IMG/VR virus record: IMGVR_UViG_3300007216_003109
DNA length: 64,000 nt
From: an uncultured virus (IMG/VR IMGVR_UViG_3300007216_003109)
Taxonomy: Duplodnaviria; Heunggongvirae; Uroviricota; Caudoviricetes
Strand: one strand, 5' to 3'
Below the pieces are notes generated by a model. The model was not told the origin of the DNA. It ran no database searches and saw nothing but the letters and a program-made list of their open reading frames with translations. The translations under genes were made by a program, and so were the position numbers. This document shows, piece by piece, positions 50,187 through 59,854 of the stretch (positions are counted from its first letter, which is position 1; each line of letters begins with the position of its first letter).

Positions 50187-51988
50187 TACTCGCTAAATTC
50201 AACACGCTTTGTAAATCCGTTTTTCTTTTCTAAGAAGATAATATCACCTGTAGCGCATTTAATACTCTCTTTTCTATGACTGATTACCATAATACATTCA
50301 TTATACTTCTCAATACGCTCTTTAAGAATACCGAGTACTAGTTCTACACCTCTTTCATCAAGAGAGGAATCTAATAATTCATCATAAATGCTAAAGTTAA
50401 AAGCAATATCTCCTTGTAATCTTCTGATATCCATAAACGCAAACAAACAAGCTAAGTCGATATTCTTTCTTTCAGCACCGCTAAAATTAAAGTAAGAACA
50501 AGGTTTGCCTTTCTCATCAATAATTTCTTCTTCAAAATATTCATTAAAGATACAAATACAATTTGAATCCATTTTCTTTAAATAGTAAGCAAGCTTAGAA
50601 TTAAACAACTGTAATATTTTTTTAACAATATACGATTTAACACCTTCTTCTGAGATAACAAATTTTACAGCTTCAAGAGTGTTAAGATGTATCTTGATAT
50701 TCTCTATTGCAACATTTACTTCTTTAAGTCTTTTTTCAGCATCAGAAATATTTGTATCGTGCTCGTTATGTGCATTCTTGAGATCATTTAAATCTATTTC
50801 AAGTTCTGCTTGCCATACATTTAATTGTTCAATTCTTTTCTTTATATTATCAATATCTTTTAACTTAATCTTATAATCATTAATTTTAATTTTTAAGGAT
50901 TCAATTGCAGCATATACTTTATTTTCTAGAGTAGCGGATTCTTCTTCTTTTTTATGATTTTCTTCTACTAAAGTATTGAGCTTATCAATCTCTTTTCTAA
51001 TCTTTATCTTTTCTTCTTTAATATGATCACGATCGTGCTCTTTAATTGATCGCAAACAAGTTGGGCATATTTCTTTATCTGTACCAATTCTCTTTAATTC
51101 TTTCTCTTTTATCTCAACTTGAGTCTTAGCTGTAGTAATATTATCTCTAAATTCTTTTATTTGCTTATCAATTTTTTCAGTTTTATTAGATAATAGTTTA
51201 ATATCATTTTCAGTTTTTGTAATATCTAACTCTTCAAAACTTGTAACTTTACTGTTTAAGTCTTCTAATTCTTTTGTATTGTTTATCTTACGATCATTAT
51301 ATTTCTTTTGTTTAGCTTCTCTTTCTTGTTGGTATGTTTCTTTAGCTTTTTTAAGTGAAATTAAGCTTTTTTCTATCTCTGTAAATTTAGCTGATTCAAC
51401 ATCAAAGTTCTTTTTAACAGTATTATATTCCTCTCTTACCACAGAGAGCATATTACCAAATACTTCAAGATTAAAAATACCTTCGATAAATTTTCTCTTT
51501 TCAACTTTCTTTTTAGCCATGAAAGGTGTTGTATTATTAACAGTCATAATAACACAGTTTTGAAATATTTCTGGTGAACAGTTTATTTTTGAAAGGATGT
51601 ACTCATTAGTATTAATAATACTATCGCGTGTTTTATCCTCGTCGTTCTTAAAGATATAACACTTTGATGGTTCAAGCATTCTAATAATCTGATAAGTATC
51701 TTTTTTATTATATCGCTCAATACTAAAATCTAAAACAACCTTACAGTTTTCTCTGTTAATATTATTAACAATATGTTCTTTCTTAAGTTCTCTTAATGTA
51801 GTACCGAATATTGCAAAATATATAGCATCGGCAACTGTAGATTTCCCAACACCATTTCGTCTATCTTCTTTATCGCGATTTAGTCCTGTAATAATATGAA
51901 GACCTTTTTTAAAGTCTACAGTTACAGCATCATCACCTACTGATAAAAAATTTTGTATTGTTATCTTATTAAAGACGATATTTTTCAT
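50183..51988 (-). CDS. gp46: Recombination endonuclease subunit gp46 (SbcC/Rad50-like)
   Basis: 'NFLSVG', Walker A 'NGVGKS', CPTC hook, 'FSGAERK', 'YDELLDSSLD', 'ISH'. Confidence 0.95.
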   Translation of the reverse strand: MKNIVFNKITIQNFLSVGDDAVTVDFKKGLHIITGLNRDKEDRRNGVGKSTVADAIYFAIFGTTLRELKKEHIVNNINRENCKVVLDFSIERYNKKDTYQIIRMLEPSKCYIFKNDEDKTRDSIINTNEYILSKINCSPEIFQNCVIMTVNNTTPFMAKKKVEKRKFIEGIFNLEVFGNMLSVVREEYNTVKKNFDVESAKFTEIEKSLISLKKAKETYQQEREAKQKKYNDRKINNTKELEDLNSKVTSFEELDITKTENDIKLLSNKTEKIDKQIKEFRDNITTAKTQVEIKEKELKRIGTDKEICPTCLRSIKEHDRDHIKEEKIKIRKEIDKLNTLVEENHKKEEESATLENKVYAAIESLKIKINDYKIKLKDIDNIKKRIEQLNVWQAELEIDLNDLKNAHNEHDTNISDAEKRLKEVNVAIENIKIHLNTLEAVKFVISEEGVKSYIVKKILQLFNSKLAYYLKKMDSNCICIFNEYFEEEIIDEKGKPCSYFNFSGAERKNIDLACLFAFMDIRRLQGDIAFNFSIYDELLDSSLDERGVELVLGILKERIEKYNECIMVISHRKESIKCATGDIIFLEKKNGFTKRVEFSEY

Positions 51989-53034
51989 TTTACTTTTTTA
52001 TACAGTTCTACGGTATAATCTATTATTGCTTTCTTGTTGTTAATTTCAAGCATGTTAACAAAATCTTCTATAGCTTTAGGAATATCGATACCAGATATAT
52101 CATTATTTGGATCATTGGTTATTTCGAATTTGTTAAAGTTTGCTGCATAGTCTACATTGATAGAAATTGGATTTAATGTGGATAGCTTCTTTAATAGAAA
52201 ATCTATTTCATCTGCATTTATATTTTTATCAACAACGAACTTTACAATATTGCTTGTAAATACTTCCTTTACATTATCGGAAATACCCTTCTCTTTTACT
52301 AGATCAGATAGGTTTATTTTCTTATGTTTAGGATAGTCTTGGTTTTCGATAAATTGATACTTGCTAGTCTCAAGATCAATAATATAAATTCCTTTTGTTG
52401 TTTCATAATCTCCGAAATCCATTTGATACGGGCTTCCAAGATACAAGATAGTACCATTACTATATTCTCTTTCATCTCTTAAATGAAAGTGACCTGATAC
52501 AACTAGCTTACTTTTCTTCAGAAGGTCAGATGCCTTAACACCGTGATCACAAATCTTATGACTATTCATCTTAAACGTTTCAATTTCAAAATGACCAAAA
52601 ACAATATCACTTTCGGGTATATGCTGCATACTCGTACCCCACGGGACAAATGTTAGTGTTCTACCGAAGTTATGAGAGCTTTCTACTTGTGAAATAACTT
52701 TTATATTAGGCCAACCGGAAAAAGGTGATAGGGAATTTACATCAGATCTATCTTTATAATATGAATCATGATTACCGACTAGTATTATAATATTAAAATC
52801 ATTTAGCAATGACATTAGATTGGTCGCTACATGTATAGTATTGACACTAATTTCATCTCTATAATGAAATAAATCGCCACAAATTATAATATCTTCTATT
52901 TGTCTCTTCTTAAGCTCAGGTACTAGCCAACTAATAAACTTCTGTGTTACATTATGCCAAAAAACATTATTTTGATGTACACCAATATGAACATCAGAAA
53001 AACAGCATACCTGTTTTTTGTTAATTTTAATCAT
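51985..53034 (-). CDS. gp47: Recombination endonuclease subunit gp47 (SbcD/Mre11-like)
   Basis: 'SDVHIG', 'GDLF', 'GNHD', 'GHF', 'SGHFH', 'YLGSP'. Confidence 0.95.
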   Translation of the reverse strand: MIKINKKQVCCFSDVHIGVHQNNVFWHNVTQKFISWLVPELKKRQIEDIIICGDLFHYRDEISVNTIHVATNLMSLLNDFNIIILVGNHDSYYKDRSDVNSLSPFSGWPNIKVISQVESSHNFGRTLTFVPWGTSMQHIPESDIVFGHFEIETFKMNSHKICDHGVKASDLLKKSKLVVSGHFHLRDEREYSNGTILYLGSPYQMDFGDYETTKGIYIIDLETSKYQFIENQDYPKHKKINLSDLVKEKGISDNVKEVFTSNIVKFVVDKNINADEIDFLLKKLSTLNPISINVDYAANFNKFEITNDPNNDISGIDIPKAIEDFVNMLEINNKKAIIDYTVELYKKVK

Positions 53035-53549
53035 CCGTTTAGATTCGTAAACACATCACCATCTATACTATCATCCGAATCACCTGTGGGCTTAATATAT
53101 ACCTTATGACCTTCAGGGTCAGCGTGCATCAAATCAGTAAATACTTTTTCCTTATAATCATTTACAGCTTCAGTATGCTTCTTTTCTTTTTTAATTCTGT
53201 TAATAAAGGCGTGGAATGCAATAGTAGTAAAATAAGAAAAAGGACTAAACCCACTATTAAGTTTAAACTTCTTATTACGTAATGCAGAGAACATCTTTAC
53301 AATTGCATCACCTACCATGTCATCCTTGTAAGTATAGTTAATAAAGTTTGGTGCGTAGCTCAATCCATTGGCAATCTTAGTAATTGCCTCGCCTAGCATA
53401 ATAGATATATTACCGGTTTTGTAGTAAATGGTAATCTGCTCTTCAAATTCCTTAGGATTAACGTAAAAAGGTTTTTCCTTTTTCTCCTTCTTCTTTTTAA
53501 TCTCTTTCGATGAATTCTTTGGCTCTGTAACCGATTTTTTCTTTTTCAT
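53031..53549 (-). CDS. gp55: Late sigma factor gp55
   Basis: 'YVNPKEF', 'KIANGLSYAPNFINYTYKDDMVGDA', 'PFSYFTTIAFHAFINRIKKEK'. Start placed at MKKKK (53549). Confidence 0.93.
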   Translation of the reverse strand: MKKKKSVTEPKNSSKEIKKKKEKKEKPFYVNPKEFEEQITIYYKTGNISIMLGEAITKIANGLSYAPNFINYTYKDDMVGDAIVKMFSALRNKKFKLNSGFSPFSYFTTIAFHAFINRIKKEKKHTEAVNDYKEKVFTDLMHADPEGHKVYIKPTGDSDDSIDGDVFTNLNG

Positions 53550-54960
53550 AAATTTGTATTCTTTTTTGCATATGCTGAATGCCGTAATACAGCTGATCAG
53601 ATATATCAAAGATTATAAGCTTATCCTTAGTGGAATGCAATCGTAAGCCTCGGCCTATAGACTGCACAGTTTTTATCTTAGCTTTTCCACCGCCCGCAAA
53701 AATTAGATAATGTATGTTCTTTACATTAATACCTGTTGAAAATATCTTAGAAATAGCAACAACTATAACATCATTATTCTGTTCCATAAGCTGCTTAATT
53801 TTTTCTCTTTCTTCTATTTCAACTTCTCCTCTAATAAAGAAAACTTTTTTATTACTGCATACCTGTGAAAAACATTTATGTAGTATTTCACCATGCTTAA
53901 TAAAGTCTACTAAAACTAATGCATTCTTGTCAAGCTTAGAAGCAAGTTTAGATAAAAGTTCGTTTCGAAAATTATTTTCAATTATAAAATCTAATTCTTT
54001 CTTATAAAAGTCTGTCGGGTTAAAGTTGTTTTTGTCCCTTTTTGGTGTATTATTATATACAATATTAATCATTTGTACAAATGCATTTGAAACATAATTT
54101 TCAAGTCTTAAATCAAAACTATTTTTCTCATATATAATAGGGCCGATTTTACCTATAATATTCCATTGGTCTTCTTTTTCTTCTGGAAGAGTACCGGTAA
54201 ACCCAAATTTATTATTTGTTTTAATTGTTTTAATAATTTTATTAACTTCATTACCTTTGCGTAGTTTATGTACTTCGTCAACAACAAGCATATCAATATT
54301 TTCAGTCCACGTTAAGTTAGAATTTTTGCTCTGTAAGATTCCTAAATTTGCGATAATAACATTTGCAGTTAAATCTAGCTTATTCTCGCCGGTCCATTTA
54401 GTAAACGAAAATGGAACTTTATAAACAATAAAATCCTTATATGTCTGTTCAACTAATCCTCTATCAGGAACAATTAAGAGGCATTTCAAATTTTCGTTAG
54501 AAAATTTATATACTGATGAAATTAATGATGCCATTACTAATGTTTTTCCGCCTGCTGTTGCAAGCACTACTGTTCCTCTACCTGCATTAAGACAGCGCTT
54601 AACAATATCCTCTTGATAATCTCTTAAATTAAGCGCTAAACCAAAAGGTGTATCAGTAAAACTACTATTAGTTTTCCATGTACATATAGATGGATTTAGG
54701 ATTTCATCTATCTTTGAATCAATTTCTAGCTTTGATGTATATTGTTTTTCAACAACAAACTTTTTAATTTCATTTGTAAGACATGGATCAAATCTGCCAG
54801 TGGGTGTAATAGCGTAGGTGCGTGTAGGTATATACCTAGAATATCTTCTTAGAAATGCTGCAGCTTTATTTTTTACAGAAAAATTTTCTCGTATTTCTTC
54901 AAATTTATCTCCTGATAAAATAGCTTTATTCTTCTTACTATCAAACTCTATTTTTATCAT
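53497..54960 (-). CDS. uvsW: SF2 DNA helicase UvsW
   Basis: 'LRDYQ', 'ATAGGKT', 'VDEVH', 'GFTGT', 'FSTGIN', 'QSIGRGLR'. Confidence 0.95.
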   Translation of the reverse strand: MIKIEFDSKKNKAILSGDKFEEIRENFSVKNKAAAFLRRYSRYIPTRTYAITPTGRFDPCLTNEIKKFVVEKQYTSKLEIDSKIDEILNPSICTWKTNSSFTDTPFGLALNLRDYQEDIVKRCLNAGRGTVVLATAGGKTLVMASLISSVYKFSNENLKCLLIVPDRGLVEQTYKDFIVYKVPFSFTKWTGENKLDLTANVIIANLGILQSKNSNLTWTENIDMLVVDEVHKLRKGNEVNKIIKTIKTNNKFGFTGTLPEEKEDQWNIIGKIGPIIYEKNSFDLRLENYVSNAFVQMINIVYNNTPKRDKNNFNPTDFYKKELDFIIENNFRNELLSKLASKLDKNALVLVDFIKHGEILHKCFSQVCSNKKVFFIRGEVEIEEREKIKQLMEQNNDVIVVAISKIFSTGINVKNIHYLIFAGGGKAKIKTVQSIGRGLRLHSTKDKLIIFDISDQLYYGIQHMQKRIQIYEKEKIGYRAKEFIERD

Positions 54961-55349
54961 GTAGTTTCTAATTTTTGAATCTCTATTATATTCTTAATAT
55001 CAAAAGTCATCGAGGCAATAGTTTTTTCAGTTTTTTCTAAAAGCTCAATAACAAGCTGTAAATTTTTAATTTCATCATTAATATTTCTTAGATTAGGCGT
55101 TTCGTCCGCGGCATCATTCATAACATTTAGAGTGAGCTTAACAGGGCTAGAATCTTTAATCTTCTTAACCAGAGATTTTTTACTCTCTTCATACTTCTTT
55201 TTCTTTTCATTTAATTCAATTTTAGCTCTAATAAGCATACCAGCATATTTGTGTTTAATAGCCGGTAGTTTAAACTGAACTTCTCTGAGATTGAGTTCAT
55301 CTACTTTTGTGTCCGCTTCAATTTCAGATATAAGCTTCTTAATATCCAT
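54957..55349 (-). CDS. uvsY: Recombination mediator UvsY
   Basis: 'DTKVDELNL...LPAIKHKY...FDIKNIIE' UvsY pattern; immediately before uvsW. Confidence 0.75.
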   Translation of the reverse strand: MDIKKLISEIEADTKVDELNLREVQFKLPAIKHKYAGMLIRAKIELNEKKKKYEESKKSLVKKIKDSSPVKLTLNVMNDAADETPNLRNINDEIKNLQLVIELLEKTEKTIASMTFDIKNIIEIQKLETT

Positions 55350-55383
55350 TTTTTTATTATATGATATACATTAAATAATTAAA

Positions 55384-55629
55384 GTGAAAAAGTTTGATAT
55401 GTTGTTCAGCAAAATAATGGAAGATAATATTGCAGGGTCTGGTGGTGCTTTGGGTACATTCCAGACATCGGATTGGACAAATATTGCTTCAGGTACCCCA
55501 GGTACAGACACATATGCTCCTGGTGATTATAGGAGACCTACTGCATTAGGAGCAAAGGTTGTGCGTGGTAAGAGGAAGAAGAAAAAAAATCAAATTTTGA
55601 TTCAGAGAAGACCTTTTATAAGTATGTAA
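55384..55629 (+). CDS. Small late protein with CTS-like leader and basic tail
   Basis: GTG 6 nt after TAAATA; MKKFDMLFSKIME. Confidence 0.65.
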   Translation: MKKFDMLFSKIMEDNIAGSGGALGTFQTSDWTNIASGTPGTDTYAPGDYRRPTALGAKVVRGKRKKKKNQILIQRRPFISM

Positions 55630-56052
55630 ATGGATTTAGGACACTGGCTTCTGAATGAAGGTGTAATTTTAAAGGAAGATACTTTTGGCTTTATTTACGA
55701 AATTACTAATTTAAAAAATAATAAAAAATACATAGGTAAAAAGCAGTGTGTATCTAGACTTAAGAGAAAACCTCTAAAAGGTAAAAAACGAAATAGAATT
55801 GATTACAAGGAATCAGATTGGAAAGAATATACTAGTTCATCTGCAGAGTTAAATGAAGATATTGTTAAGTATGGTAAAGAAAATTTTAAGTTTGTTATTC
55901 TAAAGACTTGTAATAATAAATGGGAATTGGCATATTTTGAAATAGTAGAGCAAATAAAAAGAGAAGTGCTATTAAACACAGATTATTATAACGGTATAAT
56001 AAATGTAAGAATTGGGCGGCCACCTAAATCTTTTTTAGAAAATATTGAGTAA
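55630..56052 (+). CDS. Short GIY-YIG nuclease-family protein
   Basis: 'GFIYEITNLKNNKKYIGKK', 'ESDWKEYTSS', 'YYNG'. Confidence 0.8.
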   Translation: MDLGHWLLNEGVILKEDTFGFIYEITNLKNNKKYIGKKQCVSRLKRKPLKGKKRNRIDYKESDWKEYTSSSAELNEDIVKYGKENFKFVILKTCNNKWELAYFEIVEQIKREVLLNTDYYNGIINVRIGRPPKSFLENIE

Positions 56053-56075
56053 TATAAAAAATCATTTATACTGAA

Positions 56076-56645
56076 GTGATGCAATCAGAGCTAGTGATTC
56101 CGCAAAACAATATTAATATTATAAGTTTTGCCAAAATATACAAGAATACTTTTGCAGAAGGTTTTCTTAAAAATATTCAAGATTATAGTATAAAAAATAT
56201 AACATTAAAGAATAAAGACGTGAAGAAGCTTTTTGTACATAATTTAATTTTTTCTATTTGTGAAGAAATAAGGAAAAGTAAAGTTACAGAAAGAAGTATA
56301 ATATATTTTTCAACTACAAGTTTACCTCATACCTTTCTGAATGATTTCTTAAATGAAGAAGAAATTATTGTTTTTGTAGAAAGCATTCTCAATAAAATTA
56401 AAAAGATACTACCTATAAACATAGTTATAACTAGCAATTCATTTGAATATTTTTGTTATTTGATTAATAAAAATAAAGCTGAAGGAATCGATTTATTATA
56501 CAATATGCTATCTATCATTAGCAACAGTAATACAGAAAAATTTACTTTTCAAAAAATTAAAGCTTTTACTAAGAAATATGGTTTAACGTTTCTTTCTAAT
56601 GTTTATTTTAATGATATAAAGTCAAAACAACTGCTTATTAAATAA
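56076..56645 (+). CDS. Hypothetical protein
   Basis: 189-aa ORF; weak resemblance to the T4 RNase H N-terminus. Confidence 0.55.
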   Translation: MMQSELVIPQNNINIISFAKIYKNTFAEGFLKNIQDYSIKNITLKNKDVKKLFVHNLIFSICEEIRKSKVTERSIIYFSTTSLPHTFLNDFLNEEEIIVFVESILNKIKKILPINIVITSNSFEYFCYLINKNKAEGIDLLYNMLSIISNSNTEKFTFQKIKAFTKKYGLTFLSNVYFNDIKSKQLLIK

Positions 56646-56656
56646 TAAATAATAAT

Positions 56657-57073
56657 GTGAGCAAGTTTTTAGATAAATTAGATAACTACTATAAACAGTT
56701 AGATGAATGCGGACACGATTCTATTGATAGTTTAGCTGATCAGTTTAAACATGTCCATAGTTATATTCATCCAAAGAGTAAGAAAAAATGTCATTGTTTT
56801 ATGAGACCTCTTGCTACGGGGTATAGTATAGTTAATATTGATGATGAAGGCATGCCTGTTGGTTCAGAACAAGAAGAAGCTGGTGCCATGGCTCAGCGTA
56901 ATGTACTGTCTCAGGCTGATATTAATGATATTAATGCTGTAAAAGCAGTAGCTGGTGGAAACGCACGTGGTGGTTTATTTTCTAACCCGCAAAAAGATAT
57001 TGAATCTGCTTATGGCACTTTGCTTTCTAAATTAGCATCTAAAATTAAAAGAGTAGCAAGCAAAATTAAATGA
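56657..57073 (+). CDS. Late protein with CTS-like leader, His/Cys-containing
   Basis: GTG 5 nt after TAAATA; MSKFLDKLDNYYKQLDE. Confidence 0.65.
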   Translation: MSKFLDKLDNYYKQLDECGHDSIDSLADQFKHVHSYIHPKSKKKCHCFMRPLATGYSIVNIDDEGMPVGSEQEEAGAMAQRNVLSQADINDINAVKAVAGGNARGGLFSNPQKDIESAYGTLLSKLASKIKRVASKIK

Positions 57074-57390
57074 ACAAGTTTAACTCAATTTTAAAGAGGT
57101 ATGGTGTATTGTTAGAACAAGACCCGGGTGTAGATGTCGCGCAAACAGATGCAGCAATGCCGCCTGCAGATCAAGTTCAAGCTCCAGAGCCAGAGGTACA
57201 GCCTCTTTCTTCAGAAGGTGAAGTAATGCTGGTAAGATTGTTAAAGAAGGCTTTGGTATTAAAACCTGATGATGCAGATACCGATACTATTGTTGGTATG
57301 CCAGAAGTAAATGCAACAAATGCAAAGCAAACCTTACAAGGTTTAGTTACATTAATTAGAAAATACGACCCTGACACTAGCTTAAGCTAA
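57070..57390 (+). CDS. Late protein with CTS-like leader
   Basis: MNKFNSILKRYGVLLE; ATGA-coupled. Confidence 0.7.
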   Translation: MNKFNSILKRYGVLLEQDPGVDVAQTDAAMPPADQVQAPEPEVQPLSSEGEVMLVRLLKKALVLKPDDADTDTIVGMPEVNATNAKQTLQGLVTLIRKYDPDTSLS

Positions 57391-58175
57391 TGAAATTTGA
57401 TATCTTAGTAGAGAAGATACTATCTACTAAATTTTTAGTAGAACGAGTAGGTAAAAAAATTGTTATATTTCCTGGTGGTTTTCATCCTTTTCATTTAGGG
57501 CATAAGAGCGTATTTGATAACATAAAAAATCAATTCCCTGATGCCGACTCATACATTGCTATAACTGATTATACAGAAGATAGACCATTTACTGCTAAAG
57601 AAAAAAAGCTTATTATATCTTCAACTGGTGTTGATGGTAAAAAAGTCGTACAAGTAAAGAGTCCTTTCCGTAGTGAAGAAATTTTAAAAAATTATAACCC
57701 AGATAAGGATGTTGTAATTTTTGCTATAAGTGAAAAGGAGAGAAATGATCCTAAGAAAGCGGGGTTATTTACTAGAACTAAGAAAGATGGAACACCTTCA
57801 TATTTTCAAGATTATGATCCCTCGTCTTTACAGACATTTGGCAAGCATGGTTATATATTTGTATTCCCAACAGAAGAGTTTAGTATTGCTGGTAAAAAAT
57901 TTAAAAGTGCATCTCAGCTAAGAGAATTTTACAAAAGTTTAAAAGATAAAGAAAAGACATCCCTACTTAAAAGTATGTATATAAAAAATATAGATCAAAT
58001 TAAAAAGTTATTTGATAAAAGATTAGCAGGTAGTTCTGAAGAAAACGAAATGTCGCAATTTATTGATAAAGAGAGAATTAAAGATGAAAATAAAGCATTT
58101 GGTGTAGATGGTATATATAAAAACCCACCTTATTTAGTTGATAATGAGATTAGTGTTGGTAGAATGAAGTATTAG
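57390..58175 (+). CDS. Cytidylyltransferase-like (HxGH) nucleotidyltransferase
   Basis: 'IFPGGFHPFHLGH', 'PFTAKEK', 'SASQLRE'; leader MKFDILVE. Confidence 0.8.
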   Translation: MKFDILVEKILSTKFLVERVGKKIVIFPGGFHPFHLGHKSVFDNIKNQFPDADSYIAITDYTEDRPFTAKEKKLIISSTGVDGKKVVQVKSPFRSEEILKNYNPDKDVVIFAISEKERNDPKKAGLFTRTKKDGTPSYFQDYDPSSLQTFGKHGYIFVFPTEEFSIAGKKFKSASQLREFYKSLKDKEKTSLLKSMYIKNIDQIKKLFDKRLAGSSEENEMSQFIDKERIKDENKAFGVDGIYKNPPYLVDNEISVGRMKY

Positions 58176-58705
58176 CTTTTTGTTTCAATTGCTTTTACAA
58201 CTTCATATAAAAGCTTCTCAAGATTCTCTTTGCTTTCTTTTTTAAGCATGGATGAAATTTTGGATAAAATATGTTCGGAACCAGAATTGAGTGCAGAAAT
58301 TAAATTCTCTTCTTCATTTTCTTCGGTAGGCATTGGTTCTTCATCGTGATCAAGGTAATGCTTAACTGAGTTTAAATAATCAGCAGCTTTAGTAATCTTT
58401 GAAGATACCCATGCTTCAACGTCAGACTTATCTTTAAGTGAATTATAGATACTAATAGCATGGTATACAGCATTATAAAGCTCACTTTTAGCCATGTCTA
58501 CATCATCATGACCATTATTACTATGTGTTGCACAATCGTGGCATTCACATTCTTCAGAATGACCCGGCTTTTTAATCTTTAAAACTGTAGGTACATTTGT
58601 GGAAATACCTTGGCTTGAATCAGCCTGTGGTCCAAGATCAACTGTTCCTTCTGTAACAACAGTTAAATAAGCGTTATTCAGCTTTAATAAATCATCTCTG
58701 AACAT
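58172..58705 (-). CDS. Late protein with 'MAKSEL...EAWVSSKITKAADYL' helical module
   Basis: 177 aa; TAAATA 5 nt upstream; Cys/His cluster CECHDC. Confidence 0.7.
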   Translation of the reverse strand: MFRDDLLKLNNAYLTVVTEGTVDLGPQADSSQGISTNVPTVLKIKKPGHSEECECHDCATHSNNGHDDVDMAKSELYNAVYHAISIYNSLKDKSDVEAWVSSKITKAADYLNSVKHYLDHDEEPMPTEENEEENLISALNSGSEHILSKISSMLKKESKENLEKLLYEVVKAIETKS

Positions 58706-58718
58706 ATAAATATTTATT
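58705..58718. promoter_or_regulatory. Palindromic bidirectional late promoter
   Basis: ATAAATATTTAT palindrome (58706-58717) giving TATAAATA on + and AATAAATA on -. Confidence 0.65.
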
Positions 58719-58722
58719 AGAT

Positions 58723-59025
58723 ATGAAGAGTTTTTCTAAAATTTTTGCCGAATCAATTTCAAATGAAATTAAATTTATAGAGGAAAAAAAGTCGGCACGC
58801 TGTACAAAATCAACCCAAAAGGCTTCCTCTACTCGTCCGGGGAAGAAGTGGATGAAGTGTGTAAAATCAGGTAGTGGATACAAGAGAATTCATTGGGGGC
58901 AAGCAGGGGTTAGAGTAACAGGTAAGTCTGGTAATACAAAGCGTAAGAAATCATTTAGAGCGCGTCATAAGTGTAGCTCTGCTAAGCCTGGTACTCCGAG
59001 ATACCAAGCATGTAAGGATTGGTAA
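58723..59025 (+). CDS. Basic Cys-containing late protein with CTS-like leader
   Basis: MKSFSKIFAE; 'RKKSFRARHKC...PRYQACKDW'. Confidence 0.75.
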   Translation: MKSFSKIFAESISNEIKFIEEKKSARCTKSTQKASSTRPGKKWMKCVKSGSGYKRIHWGQAGVRVTGKSGNTKRKKSFRARHKCSSAKPGTPRYQACKDW

Positions 59026-59180
59026 TGAGAATCTTTGATTCATATATAAAAGCTATTTTAGAAAAAGCTGAAAAGCGTAGATTAGATCCAAAATGTTGGG
59101 CTGGTTACCGCAAGGCTGGTACAAAGTTAAAGGACGATGTAAGAGTTAATAAGTGTGTCAAAGTAAAAAAGAAGAAATAA
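59025..59180 (+). CDS. Small basic protein, 51 aa (absent from the ORF track)
   Basis: TAATG coupling; MRIFDSYIKAILEKAEKRRLDPKCWAGYRKAGTKLKDDVRVNKCVKVKKKK; CWxGY...NxCV motif. Confidence 0.75.
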   Translation: MRIFDSYIKAILEKAEKRRLDPKCWAGYRKAGTKLKDDVRVNKCVKVKKKK

Positions 59181-59213
59181 GTTTAATTCGAAAAAAAAGT
59201 TATAAGTATTTGA

Positions 59214-59417
59214 GTGAAATACTATAAGAAAAGTCAGCTTAAGTCTGATATTGAGTATGTTCAGCTGACATCAGATTTCATTTTAAATCTATATGAGAAA
59301 ACTAAAGAAATGAAAAAAGATGATAAGAATATAATGATGGATCATATTCAGAATTTTTCACAGCATTTAAATGAGTATATAGAGAAGCCTAATAAGATTT
59401 CATTGCTTAAGAAGTAA
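59214..59417 (+). CDS. Small hypothetical protein
   Basis: GTG 5 nt after TATAAGTA. Confidence 0.55.
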   Translation: MKYYKKSQLKSDIEYVQLTSDFILNLYEKTKEMKKDDKNIMMDHIQNFSQHLNEYIEKPNKISLLKK

Positions 59418-59428
59418 TAAATATATAC

Positions 59429-59854
59429 ATGATAAGCTTTAAAACATACTTCGAATCTAACGTTTTGAAGCTATATGAAACAATCTATTTAGAAAATCTT
59501 GGTGAATTAAAAGCAATGTCAGATTCAGGCAATAGTGCATATAATGTTTTAGATGGAAGAGATATTGAAATATTTGATAATGGTAAGAAAGTAAAATTTC
59601 TAAGTACAGAAAGAAACCTGCCTGTTGAAAAAGATATTGTTGATACAATTAAAATTCATATCGGATCAAATGTAAATGAAGATAGACCTGTAGTATCGTT
59701 TAATATAAAATTTAAAAGCAATGAATATAAGAATATTCAGTTCTCAATTGCTGATAGAAGTGGTAATGAAACTCCGATACTATTAGGTAGAGAGTTTTTT
59801 GAAACGTTAAAAAACTCTTCTAATAAAGACGTTTTTATTAAAACTACTGATTAA
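59429..59854 (+). CDS. Retropepsin-like aspartic protease (RimK-associated family)
   Basis: Catalytic-type 'AMSDSG', 'RPVV', 'FSIADRS...PILLGR'; leader MISFKTYFE; TAAATA 5 nt upstream. Confidence 0.75.
   Translation: MISFKTYFESNVLKLYETIYLENLGELKAMSDSGNSAYNVLDGRDIEIFDNGKKVKFLSTERNLPVEKDIVDTIKIHIGSNVNEDRPVVSFNIKFKSNEYKNIQFSIADRSGNETPILLGREFFETLKNSSNKDVFIKTTD

Noticed and set aside
55630..56052. Mobile homing endonuclease or intron
   Set aside because: Only a short GIY-YIG domain with no DNA-binding extension, and no interrupted host gene around it.
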